A stretch of DNA of 45,644 nucleotides from contig NIVC01004447.1 in NCBI GenBank assembly GCA_002269645.1, positions 1 to 45,644 on the forward strand, read 5' to 3'. This document shows, in pieces, positions 1 through 11,113 of the stretch. The notes beneath the pieces were generated by a model. The model made no database searches and was not told where the DNA came from. It was given only the letters and a program-made list of their open reading frames with translations. A program made the translations under genes and the position numbers. The stretch is from Macrostomum lignano (taxonomy: Eukaryota). The stretch's first letter is position 1, and the number at the start of each line of letters is the position of its first letter.

Positions 1-150
1 TTTTCTTTTATTTTTTGACTTCCAGTGGAACTGACTGCTTTGAATTGGATTAAGGTATCAATAAAATCAATTCTTTTAATGCAAAAGATTTTGTTTAGCT
101 ATTGATATTTTTCAAACGCTGCTCAGTGATAATAACACATTTCTTACTTT

Positions 151-836
151 ACCTGAGTCACTCTACCCGAGTCACTCTACCTGGAGTCACTCTACCGAGT
201 CACTCTACCTGGAGTCACTCTACCCGAGTCACTCTACCTGGAGTCACTCTACTCAAGTCACTCCACCCGAGTCACTCTACCCGAGTCACTCTACCCGAGT
301 CACTCTACCTGGAGTCACTCTACCCGAGTCACTCTACCTGGAGTCACTCTACCCGAGTCACTCTACCTGGAGTCACTCTACTCAAGTCACTCCACCCGAG
401 TCACTCTACCGAGTCACTCTACCCGAGTCACTCTACCTGGAGTCACTCTACTCAAGTCACTCCACCCGAGTCACTCTACCCGAGTCACTCTACCCAAGTC
501 ACTCCACCGAGTCACTCTACCTGGAGTCACTCTACCCGAGTCACTCTACCTGGAGTCACTCTACTCAAGTCACTCCACCCGAGTCACTCTACCCGAGTCA
601 CTCTACCCAAGTCACTCCACCCGAGTCACTCTACCTGGAGTCACTCTACCTGGAGTCACTCTACTCAAGTCACTCCACCCGAGTCACTCTCACTCCACCC
701 GAGTCACTCTACCCGAGTCACTCTACCCGAGTCACTCTACCCGAGTCACTCTACCCGAGTCACTCTACCCGAGTCACTCTACCCGAGTTACTTTACTAGA
801 GTCACTCTACCTGAGTCACTCGACCTGAGTCACTCA
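151..836 (+). repeat. 13-15 bp minisatellite (GAGTCACTCTACCC / GAGTCACTCTACCTG / AAGTCACTCCACCC), intronic in the receptor gene
   Basis: Roughly 45-50 tandem copies read directly. It explains the spurious 102..923 ORF. Confidence 0.95.
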
Positions 837-837
837 C

Positions 838-905
838 CAAGCACTCAAACTTCACCGTTTCCACTCTGGCCGCTCGAACAACAGAAAAATCCGAACGTCC
901 CTGTC
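838..905 (-). CDS. ANF-receptor / GABA-B-like class C GPCR, exon 5 (3' boundary uncertain)
   Basis: Acceptor ttcag|GAC at 905 gives DRDVRIFLLF, matching the DARIIV strand after the LK of GABA-B-type Venus flytrap domains. That frame stops before the strong TTG|GTGAGT donor at 837, so either a weaker donor (CG|GTGAAG, ~855) or a frameshift is needed. Confidence 0.6.
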
Positions 906-1036
906 CTGAACCGGTTGGAGTAGAAATGCAAAAGTAGGTTTTTCAGCAGAGATAAATGTATGAAATATTGAATTGATTAAAACAATTAATCAATCAATCA
1001 ATTAATTAACCAACTAATCAAAGCAGTTTGACTTGC

Positions 1037-1138
1037 CTTCATTCTGCGCAATGCCGCTGAAGGGTCGGTGCTGTAGACTCCCCTGGCGGCCAGGGTGATG
1101 TTGTACAGTGACAGCATTTTCTCCAAGTGGACCGATGT
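1037..1138 (-). CDS. ANF-receptor / GABA-B-like class C GPCR, exon 4
   Basis: ctgcag|ACA ... ATG AAG|GCAAGT; 102 nt, phase 0-0; TSVHLEKMLSLYNITLAARGVYSTDPSAALRRMK resembles the NITI...F..DP...L..LK segment of this family. Confidence 0.8.
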
Positions 1139-1213
1139 CTGCAGGCATTTGTATTATTATTTTTATTATGCATGCCAAAAAAGTGTACTATATTACTGCC
1201 AGTGCCACATTAC

Positions 1214-3658
1214 AAGAGGGTGTAGAAGAGGGTGGAGAGAAGGGTGTAGAGAGGGTGGAGAGGAGGGTGTAGAGAGGGTGAGAGGAGGGTGTAGGAGAGG
1301 GTGGAGAGGAGGTGTAGGAGAGGTGGAGGGAGGGTGTAGCGAGAGTGAGAGAGGTGTAGAGAGGTGGAGCGAGGGTGTAGGAGAGGGTGGAGAGGAGGGT
1401 GTGGAAGAGGGTGGAGAGGAGGGTGTAGGAGAGGGTGGAGAGGAGGGTGTAGGAGTGTAGAGAAGGTGTAGAAGAGGGTGGAGAGGAGTGTAGGAGAGGG
1501 TGGAGAGGAGGGTGTAGGAAGAGGGTGGAGAGGAGGGTGTAGGAGAGGGTGGAGAGGAGGGTGTAGGAGAGGGTGGAGAGGAGGGTGTAGGAGAGGGTGG
1601 AGAGGAGGTGTAGGAGGTGTAGAGAAGGGTGTAGAAGAGGGTGGAGAGGAGGGTGTAGGAGAGGGTGGAGAGGAGGGTGTAGGAGAGGGTGGAGAGGAGG
1701 GTGTAGGAGAGGGTGGAGAGGAGGGTGTAGAAGAGGGTGGAGAGGAGGGTGTAGGAGAGGGTGGAAAGGAGGGTGTAGGGGAGGGTGGAGACGAGTGTGT
1801 AGGATAGGGTGGAGAGGAGGGTGTAGAAGAGGGTGGAGAGGAGGGTGTAGGAAGTGTAGAGAAGGGTGTAGGAGAGTGAGGAGAGAAGGGTGTAGGAGGT
1901 GTAGAGAAGGGTGTAGGAGGGGGGGAGAGGAGGGTATAGGAGAGGGTGGAGAGGAGGGTGTAGGAGAGGGAGGAGAGAAGGGTGTAGGAGAGGGTGGAGA
2001 GGAGGGTGTAGAAGAGGGTGGAGAGGAGGGTGTAGGAGAGGGTGGAGAGGAGGGTGTAGAAGAGGGTGGAGAGGAGGGTGTAGAAGAGGGTGGAGAGGAG
2101 GGTGTAGGAGAGGGTGAAGAGGAGGGTGTAGAAGAGGGTGGAGAGGAGGGTGTAGAGAGGGTGGAGAGGGGTGTAGGAGAGGGTGGAGAGGAGGGTGTAG
2201 GAGAGGGTGGAAAGGAGGGTGTAGGGGAGGGTGGAGACGAGTGTGTAGGATAGGGTGGAGAGGAGGGTGTAGAAGAGGGTGGAGAGGAGGGTGTTAGAAG
2301 AGAGTGGTAGAGGAGGGTGGAGAGGAGGGTGTAGAAGAGGGTGGAGAGAAGGGTGTAGGAGAGGGTGGAGAGGAGGGTGTAGAAGAGGGTGGAGAGGAGG
2401 GTGTAGGAGGGTGGAGAGGAGGGTGTAGAAGAGGGTGGAGAGGAGGGTGTAGGAGAGGGTGAAGAGGAGGGTGTAGAAGAGGGTGGAGAGGAGGGTGTAG
2501 GAGAGGGTGGAGAGGAGGGTGTAGAAGAGGGTGGAGAGGAGGGTGTAGGAGAGGGTGGAAAGGAGGGTGTAGGGAGGGTGGAGACGAGTGTGTAGGATAG
2601 GGTGGAGAGGAGGCGGTGTAGAAGAGGGTGGAGAGGAGGGTGTAGAAGAGGGTGGAGAGGAGGGTGGAGAGGAGGTGTAGAAGAGGGTGGAGAGAAGGGT
2701 GTAGAGAGGGTGGAGAGGAGTGTGTAGATAGGGTGGAGAGGAGGGTGTAGAGAGGGTGGAGAGGAGGGTGTAGAAGAGGGTGGAGAGAAGGGTGTAGGAG
2801 AGGGTGGAAGAGGAGGGTGTAGGAGAGGGTGGAAGGAGGGTGTAGGGAGGGTGGAGACGAGGTGTGTAGAGAGGGTGGAGAGGAGGGGTGTAGAAGAGGG
2901 TGGAAAGGAGGGTGTAGGGGAGGGTGGAGACGAGTGTGTAGGATAGGGTGAGAGAGGTGTGTAGAAGAGGGTGGAGAGGAGGGTGTAGAAGAGGGTGGAG
3001 AGGAGGGTGGAGAGGAGGGTGTAGAAGAGGGTGGAGAGGAGGGTGTAGGAGAGGGTGGAAAGGAGGGTGTAGGGGAGGGTGGAGAGGAGGGTGTAGGGGA
3101 GGGTGGAGACGAGTTTGTAGGATAGGGTGGAGAGGAGGGTGTAGGGGAGGGTGGAGAGGAGGGTGTAGGGGAGGGTGGAGACGAGTGTGTAGAAGAGGGT
3201 GGAGAGGAGGGTGTAGGAAGTGTAGCGAAGGGTGTAGGAGAGTGAGGAGAGAAGGGTGTAGGAGGTGTAGAGAAGGGTGTAGGAGGGGGGAGAGGAGGGT
3301 ATAGGAGAGGGTGGAGAGGAGGTGTAGAGAGGGTGGAGAGAAGGGTGTAGGAGAGGGTGGAGAGGAGGGTGTAGGAGAGTGAGGAGAGAAGGGTGTAGGA
3401 GGTGTAGAGAAGGGTGTAGGAGGGGGGAGAGGAGGGTATAGGAGAGGGTGGAGAGGAGGGTGTAGGAGAGGGAGGAGAGGAGGATGTAGGAGGTGCAAAG
3501 GAGGGTGTAGGAGAGATTGTAGAGGGGGGTGTAGGAGAGGGTGAAGAGGAGGTGTAGGAGAGGGTGGAGAGGAGGTGTAGGAGAGGGTGGAGAGGAGGGT
3601 GTAGGAGAGGGTGGAGAGAAGGATGTAGAGAGAGTGTAGAGAGAGTGGGAGAGTAGGA
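1214..3658 (+). repeat. ~24-bp purine-rich minisatellite (GAGAGGGTGGAGAGGAGGGTGTAG), ~2.4 kb, intron 3
   Basis: About 100 imperfect copies with almost no C on the plus strand. It generates all the low-complexity ORFs between 1095 and 3704. Confidence 0.95.
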
Positions 3659-3947
3659 AGTTGTAATAGGGTGAATACACGAACTTAAGACTGAGACGAT
3701 GCACTGGGTGAGAATAGTATTTGATTCAGAATCAGTCTGTCACCCCAATCAACAAAATCTATATTTACGAGTATATCAGTCAATGAGGTGGTGGGTGATG
3801 TACACAGAAAAACTGCTTAGCCAAAATCTGTTGTAAACATAAGTAAGCAAAAGCATTACAGACAGAGAAAACTATTCGAGGACATTGCTAATTTGCAGTC
3901 CTTACACGGGTCAGTTTGGCATCAACTCAGATAGACGAGCAACTCAC

Positions 3948-4163
3948 AGCGTAAACTCCGTCATAGTCGCTAGTGAGCAGTCCCACTATAGACCAATTGT
4001 AGCGCTTCAGAATCTGCACAACTCCATCCAGGAACAGACTATGCGACATGCTGACCGAGAGAAGTAAAAATATTTGTCTTTGTTTGACAGCGCCGGACTG
4101 GGCGTTGAGGCGCTGATCTGAGTTGGAGAATGCGGGGGATGTTGCTGGCTGACTGCAGTGCCA
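3948..4163 (-). CDS. ANF-receptor / GABA-B-like class C GPCR, exon 3
   Basis: ccaccag|TGG ... TAC GCT|GTGAGT; 216 nt, phase 0-0; contains PATSPAFSN (ATSPALS motif) and GVVQILKRYNWSIVGLLTSD (L..F.W..V..I motif). The acceptor choice is less certain than the donor. Confidence 0.75.
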
Positions 4164-4186
4164 CTGGTGGACTGTAATTACAGCTG

Positions 4187-4670
4187 CCTCTCCCTCTCCC
4201 TCTACCTCTCTACTTCTCACTCTGTCTCCCTCTCTCCCTCTGCTTTTACCTCTCTGCTTCTCACTCTGTCTCCCTCTCCCTCTCACCCTCTCCCTCTCCC
4301 TCCTCGTCTCTCCTCTCTCTGGTTCTCACTCTCTCCCTCTCCCTCCTCGTCTCCCTCTCTCTGGTTCTCACTCTCCCTCTCCCTCCTCGTCTCCCTCTCT
4401 CTGGTTCTCACTCTCCCCCCCTCTGTTCCTCTTCCCTCTCCCTATTTCCCCTCCCTCTCTGCTTCTCACTCTGTCTCCCTCTCTTTGCCTCTCCCTCCTC
4501 TCTCCCTGCTCCTCTCCATCTCCCCTTTCTCTCCCTCTCCACCCCACTCTGTCATTCTGCCTCTCTCCTCTCCCTCTCTTTCCTTCTTCATCACGCCTCC
4601 CTACCTCTACTTCGTATTTCTCTCACCCCTCACAATCAATCCCACTTCCTTTTTTCTGCATCCCCTCCCC
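4187..4670 (+). repeat. CT-rich low-complexity tract, intron 2
   Basis: Near-pure C/T with short repeated blocks such as CTCCCTCTCCCTCCTCGTCTC and CTGGTTCTCACTCT. Confidence 0.9.
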
Positions 4671-4695
4671 AGCCGATCCCGGCCGCCTCGCGCAC

Positions 4696-4824
4696 CTCAG
4701 GCAGGAAGTAGTACTGGGCCACGTTGGCCAGCACCACGGCCTGGTTAGAGAAGGCCGGGCCAAACATCAGCGCCTTGTTAGGCGGAGTCAGGTAGCCGTC
4801 TGCGAACTTGCGCACCGCGCTACC
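4696..4824 (-). CDS. ANF-receptor / GABA-B-like class C GPCR, exon 2
   Basis: ctgcag|GGT ... CCT GAG|GTGCGC; 129 nt; GSAVRKFADGYLTPPNKALMFGPAFSNQAVVLANVAQYYFLPE resembles the PP.K.ML.GP..S ... A..WNL.Q segment of GABA-B-type receptors. Confidence 0.8.
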
Positions 4825-5480
4825 CTGCAGCGCCTTGAAGGGATCAATTCGTGTCAACAGATGTTTTTAATCAGTTGAGTAGCTTCGCTTAAATTAAATT
4901 GAAGATATCGTCTTCGCCTACTAACAGTAGACGCAAAATTGTCATCTTACGCCATGCTACTATTATAAAACTGTAAAATATATTTATTCAAAGCCGGTTT
5001 CCATGCCAAAATAATATAGTCTCGCAAGATTGGAAGCCAGTCTCTTTCAGATCAATTTTCTTGTCCTAATAAAACTTCGAATGAAATGTTTTGTTGCAGG
5101 TTTGTCCTTAGTTTCAAGCTCAGAAGGTAAAAAGTGAATCGCTACAGTAATTCATCATCGTCCCAAAAACAGCAACGCTGAGGCAATGCTGCCCATTGCG
5201 CTGGCTCCCGAGCACACGACAAGCGCGCCAATACTGCACAGAGACACGCACTCGCACACACGCTCACACAGAGTGTACAGTGGCCCTTGACTTTCTAATC
5301 GGTCAGGCATGTCTCTGTGCCATGGGTTGGTCCTCATGAGTGTGAATTGCACGACAAATCCCTGCCAATTTTTCTTGCACAAGAACCAAATGAATTCGGC
5401 TGCGCACGGAATCGAACCAGGGGTCGTTGCGCAACAGTCAGCCGCCGCGTTTACCGCTGAACTGTTTTGCGTCCCCTCTA

Positions 5481-6580
5481 ATATCTCATACCTCATATCT
5501 CATACCTTACATCTCATATCTCATACCTCATATCTCATACCTCATATCTCATATGTCATACCTCATATCTCATACCTCATGTCTCATATCCCATATGTCA
5601 TACCTCATATCTCATATCTCATATGTCATACCTCATATCTCATACCTCATGTCTCATATCTCATATGTCATACCTCATATCTCATACCTTACATCTCATA
5701 TCTCATATCATATCTCACACCTCATTTCTCATACCTTACATCTCATATGTCATACCTCATATCTCATACCTCATATCTCATATCTCATATGTCATACCTC
5801 ATATCTCATACCTTACATCTCATATCTCATACCTCATATCTCATACCTCATATCTCATATGTCATACCTCATATCTCATACCTCATGTCTCATATCCCAT
5901 ATGTCATACCTCATATCTCATATCTCATATGTCATACCTCATATCTCATACCTCATGTCTCATATCTCATATGTCATACCTCATATCTCATACCTTACAT
6001 CTCATATGTCATACCTCATATCTCATACCTCATATCTCATACCTCATATCTCATATCTCATATGTCATACCTCATATCTCATACCTTACATCTCATTTCT
6101 CATACCTCATATCTCATACCTCATATCTCATGTCATACCTCATATCTCATACCTCATGTCTCATATCTCATATGTCATACCTCATATATCATACCTCATG
6201 TCTCATATGTCATACCTCATATCTCATACCTTACATCTCATTTCTCATACCTCATATCTCATACCTCATATCTCATGTCATACCTCATATCTCATACCTC
6301 ATGTCTCATATCTCATATGTCATACCTCATATATCATACCTCATGTCTCATATCTCATACCTCATATCTCATATCATATCTCATTCCTCATGTCATACCT
6401 CATATCTCATACCTTACATCTCATACCTTACATCTCATACCTTACATCTCATATCTCATACCTCATATCTCATACCTCATATGTCATACCTCATATCTCA
6501 TACCTCATGTCTCATATGTCATACCTCATATTTCATATCTCATATCTCATACCTTATATCTCATCTCATATCTCATATCT
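5481..6580 (+). repeat. 7-9 bp complex microsatellite (CTCATAT / CTCATAC / ATGTCATAC), intron 1
   Basis: 1.1 kb of direct tandem copies. It explains the SHISYL-type ORFs at 5309-6656. Confidence 0.95.
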
Positions 6581-6583
6581 TAC

Positions 6584-6802
6584 CCCCAGACCGCATTTGT
6601 ACTCGGCCTTAAGCTTGAAGCTAAAGTTCAATTCGGTTAAATTGTTGTTCAAGTAGTCCAGTGCAAACTTGTAGTACTCCGGGTCGGCGCTCCGGGTGCT
6701 GTTCTCAGAGCACAACACCAGAGTGTGCACCACCGGCCTCTCGGCCGCAGTTGACAACAGCCAGACCGACACCAGAATCCCGACGACAAATCCGGCCGCC
6801 AT
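6584..6802 (-). CDS. ANF-receptor / GABA-B-like class C GPCR, exon 1 (signal peptide + start of ligand-binding domain)
   Basis: ATG at 6802; hydrophobic signal MAAGFVVGILVSVWLLSTAA; ALDYLNNNLTELNFSFKL matches the A...IN....L..Y.L.L motif; ends GGG|GTAAGA (219 nt, phase 0). The 7TM region is not in the window, so a receptor guanylyl cyclase is not excluded. Confidence 0.8.
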
Positions 6803-7309
6803 TTCCTTTGCAGCGACTCTTCAGTCGATCTTTTTTCCGTTTTCTTCTTTTTTTCTCGGCTTTCGGTTGCGCCTCAGAAAACTGGCCGCCGAGTGTTCCG
6901 TCTTCTTCTTTTGCTGCTTTCGCGGGGGAGAGATGAAAACAGAAGCAGAAACCAAGTGCAGCTGAAAGCTCCGCCTCCGCTCCTGGGGCTTTTATCTAAA
7001 ATTTGAATAGCTTTGAAACTAGCTTTAGCTTCAAATTTTAGGCCGATCGGGTTTCTGCATCTGCGAGTTGACTGTCACCTTTTGATTATCTCAATCACAA
7101 GCATCGTAAGTGGCTCGCTTGAAAGCTCTGGGAATCGAATAACGGGCAGGTGAAAATTCTGCAAACTGAAAATCTGCGGCAATGTGTTAATTTAAAGACA
7201 AATTCGCTGCTTCTTCAACTACCGGTTCCGCCCTGCTCGGGTTTCGTTGAAGTCAGAAAGTAAACGTATTGCAAGGCCACTTGACAGACATACAGACAGA
7301 CAGACAGAC

Positions 7310-8286
7310 TGTAGAGAACTGTAAATCATATCAGAACACACTACTTAAAGTAATATTCTAACAAAATCAATTTGAACTCGCAATCTATTTTTAGAATGAG
7401 TCATGATGAGTCATATCTACTTTTAGAAATTCTATTTTTAGAATGAGTCACGTGCAAACAGAAGTGACTCAGAGCCCTTCGTAGGACCGACGTTTGTTTG
7501 ATCAAGAAACCGGTTCTTGGGAGTTTTATTAGCTTAATTCCATATATGGTAATGATCAAACATTCGATCATGACCTCTAATCAAACATACGCGACCTATG
7601 AAAATAACCGATTTTTAACCAGTTTTTCACTAAAATTTTGGTATAAACATAAGCGAAAATCCGAGTCAAAAATTCAGACTCGGAGCGGTCTCAAGGAATA
7701 CGTCAACTAAAAAGACCCATCTCTGAGAGAAGAAATCCGGACAGATTGGTAAGCGCTGCCCGTTTCAGTTCTTTGCTATAGCACTAATAAGTTGATTAAT
7801 TGAGTTTACGAGAGCCACTTATTGTCGACACATTTGAGAAAGGCCTCCTTGTTTCCTAGGATACATTCATAGAGGATTATTGAGTTGATTTGAGTTATCC
7901 GTTAAGTTTCGGACGTAACGAAGAAGACGCCCTTCAGGAGGACCTATTACAGATTTAAAGAATTCAATTGTTCATAAGAGCGCATGTTCTATTGTTAATT
8001 CCGAGCTTGAGGACCGTCAAGAATTCTGATTCGCTCTCGTTCTGGTCGACCCACAGATGAAGTTAAGGACTCCAGGAGACAACAGCTGCTCACCGGAACC
8101 GGCCGCCGCAACCGCTCAGCAAGCTTGCTATCCCGACATGCCACAAGACTCCACCGACTACCGACCCCAAGAGGATCCGCTGCAGTAAGTTATTCGACTC
8201 ATATATACATGTACCTAGGCACTTGCTCCCCAGTGTCTAGAAGTGTGAGTTTATTGAGTGACTGATCACCACCAATAAACTCTTTA

Positions 8287-8291
<5 letters not shown>
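7310..8291 (+). mobile_element. Solo-LTR-like element, copy 1, inside a (GACA)n microsatellite
   Basis: Starts TGTAGAGA, has AATAAA near 8274 and ends ...AAGACA. Shares colinear blocks with 36365-37414 (AAACCGGTT, AAGCGAAAA.TCCGAG, TCAGACTCGGAGC, ATCTCTGAGAG, ATTGGTAAGC, GAAGAAGACGCCCTT, GGAGGACCT, CAGTAAGT). No coding capacity seen. Confidence 0.6.
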
Positions 8292-8331
<40 letters not shown>

Positions 8332-8360
8332 CTCTAACAGACAGACACACAGACAGACTC
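8287..8360 (+). repeat. (GACA)n microsatellite; its other half is at 7283-7309
   Basis: Direct reading of GACA/CAGA runs on both sides of the 7310-8291 insert. Confidence 0.9.
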
Positions 8361-8722
8361 AGAAGTGGATCGCGTATCAAAACCTCTGCTCACTGACATA
8401 AGGACTAACAACCGATCTCACAGCCGGCACCTTCAACTGAGATAAGACCTAATGGTGCATGTACAGCTGTCATTTCGGCAGACCTGCCGAATGCATGCAA
8501 TGAGATCCTCATCACCCTGATGAGGAGGATCATACAAAGAACATGAGCTGCCGTTTTGTGCAAATTTTGCACAATTTTGTGCAAATCATCGGTATGTAGT
8601 ACTTCAGTACAAGTGGTTCGATTTGTCTATTCTGATGCCGTCTGCAATATTTGGTACCCTCTGCTTCCACGTTTCAACGTCAACAGCTTTGCTGCTACTA
8701 ACAACTCGAAATTCGTGTTTAA

Positions 8723-8890
8723 GGGGGTTGCAGCCTAGTGATTAGAGCGTCGGACTCACGAATGAAAGGTCGGGGGTTCGATTCTCGACCCACTCGGAAC
8801 AAATTGCGTCCTTGAGCAAGACACCTAACTCTGCATTGCTTCAGTTCACCCAGCCGTAAAATGGGTGCCAGCATTAGCTAGCTGGGGTAA
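8723..8890 (+). mobile_element. tRNA-derived SINE with CORE-like domain (3' tail may extend to ~9000)
   Basis: A-box-like CAGCCTAGTGATTAGAG and B-box GGTTCGATTC, followed by TCCTTGAGCAAGACACCTAAC...TTCAGTTCACCCAGCCGTAAAATGGG, which resembles the MIR/CORE consensus (CCTTGGGCAAGTCACTTAAC...CTCAGTTT...CTGTAAAATGGG) as recalled. Confidence 0.75.
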
Positions 8891-9568
8891 TTGAGGGTGT
8901 GTGGCGACCCCCCAGTCCTTGGACTGAACAGCCGTACGCAGCCTTTAGCTGCGGCTGAGCTGTCGGTTGTACAACAACTGCGCTCAGCTAGATTTGTCGA
9001 GTACTTTGCGAGTCGTACGTCATGTGGTGGATGGATGGGCCAATGATACTGTTAGGTAACCAGTAGGAGAGACCATTGCCGATCGTCAAGAACGGTACAT
9101 TGCTGAAAACTGAATCATGCACTCTTGGGTACTTGTCGATTCAGAAAGCCTCTAATGTCTTATGATACCAATCGAAACATATCAAGCATTAGACCAATAA
9201 ATGAAGATGCTTTTAAAATAATCGATATTATACTCCCAATTCAATGAGCAGTTCACGCGAGTAAACAGCATAAAAGCCACTCCAATTGCTGACTGTTCCT
9301 CATCATGCCTAAAAGCATTTCTTTCAATACCAAAGCCTAACATAGCGAGCCTACATTCCATCGGCTTGTATGGATGGCCAAGGGAGGACAATCCAGCAAT
9401 TCGAATGCTAATGGATGTAACTCTTTTCTGTATCTTGACTCAAATTGAAGTGCCGCCTGGATCAAAGCATCTCTAAGAAAGTATCGAACGGAGCACTTAA
9501 CTGGCGGAGAATTTTTGCCTACTTAAGCCTCGAAGTCGGCAAATTTCTTCGCATAGCCTTAACCAGGG

Positions 9569-10301
9569 ATGCCGCATCTTCTGGGCCTTGTTGCAGCGGC
9601 TGTGCTGCTGAGTGCGGCCTCGGCAGCTCGATACCTGGAGCTCGACAAGTTTCAGTGCATCAGGCCAGAGTTTGCTGCAGAATCGCAGCGATGCCACATC
9701 AAAGATTAACTGCGCCAGCCTGTGCGACTCAAAGCTCGACTGTCAGGCGTTCAGCCTGGCCGACGGTCCGTGCCAGCTGTTCGTGTTCAACAGGTGCAGC
9801 AAGCGCGTGAGAGACTGCGGCTGCACTCGCAGGGCGCCGGTGTTCGTGAGGCAGCAGCCGGGACTGCCGCCCGGAGCTCTGTGCTTTGCCGGATTCTCTA
9901 ACGACCTGTGCGGCACAAAGTACAAGATGTACTCTGGAGTTCAGGACTGGCTAGTGGCCAAGAATGACATCGACGCGGAGCCTGGAATCATCATCATGGC
10001 TGACGTAAGCGACCTGGAGGAGCTGCACCATATCCGGAGTTTGGCGCCTGACACTGCGGACACCATGGTGATGCTCGGTGGCTGGCAGCTGCCCGGCAGC
10101 GAGGAGCCGAGAGGAGGCTGGTTCTGGACCAGCTGCAACTCCAGCATCGACGGCAGCTTGTGGCAGACTGGCCAACCAGACAACGCCGGGGCCGAGAGCT
10201 ACGTCTCCGGCGCGCGTGCGTTCGACGGCCTGAACGACTACATCAGATCATCGGGCAAATACGTCGGTGCCATTGCGGAGTGCCTGTCACCGTTTGACTG
10301 A
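9569..10301 (+). CDS. Secreted PAN/apple + C-type lectin protein, frameshifted after the signal peptide (pseudogene or assembly indel)
   Basis: ATG 9569 gives the signal peptide MPHLLGLVAAAVLLSAASA. The +1 frame (ORF 9612-10301) holds a PAN-type CASLC..C.AF....C.L pattern and CTLD motifs MLGG, GWFW, WQTGQPDN, LNDY and the terminal EC. Confidence 0.7.
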
Positions 10302-11113
10302 CGCACTTTGAAGCGACTTTATTGAGCTGACTGAAAATTTGAACCAGACAGGCCGCAGTGAACAACATATTGCGGCATTCCGAATTTAAATATTGATCGA
10401 TATTGATTGTTATAAATGCACAGCTGATTGGCTGAATTCACGCGGATGTGCACGGGTTAGAACAAGCGTATATTGATAATATAATGAGAATATGTCAGAC
10501 CAGCATACCATTTTGTCCAACCGCAATAGCTTTGTAGTTAACAACGCAATAGACAAACGCAACTAAAGCTAAAACTACTATTACTAGTAATATATATAAG
10601 TAGAGAAGTGACCACACAGAGAAGTATATATGTATAAAAAATTGTCCATAAGCATTCACAGATAATTATTGAATAACAAAGTAAGTGAAATCTTTAAAAG
10701 AAATCGAATGGATCTGACAGAGACAGGAAAAACAGCTTTTAAAAAATCTCTTAGTTACATAAAAAATCTGATAAATAAATGTAAAGAACAAGCATACAAT
10801 AGCATCTTTCATACTTGCGCAGCTGCATACGCAAAATAACATGGCTGGGTTTTCTAACAGCTAGAAGGACGAGTTATAACTTTGTTAACCAGATCACTTA
10901 TGAAGCAGTCCCTTCTCTCCTAAATTACGAGTATTATGGTAAAAACCAGGCACATTTCAGACAGAGGGCGCTACTCATAAGAACATGATGCTTTTATTTT
11001 TCTGAACTGCATTGTTAAAACAATATTTTTGTTTTAAATGCTGCTATAAAACTTTTAAGTTTTTTCTGCAACAGTCTGCAAAATCTTTAATTGAAAATTG
11101 AAGCAGGGGCGGT

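Noticed and set aside
102-3704. Long ORFs (273, 838, 762 aa and others) over the first two arrays
   Set aside because: They are translations of tandem repeats lacking stop triplets, open in several frames, and lie inside introns of the receptor gene.
5155-5496. 113-aa minus-strand ORF in intron 1
   Set aside because: Starts inside the microsatellite, has no recognisable domain and is not needed to join exons 1 and 2.
5309-6656. Three overlapping 329-443 aa SHISYL ORFs
   Set aside because: All three plus frames are open because the CTCATA-type repeat has no stops; no protein signature.
8723-8795. tRNA gene
   Set aside because: A and B boxes are present but the acceptor stem does not close and the sequence continues into a SINE body.
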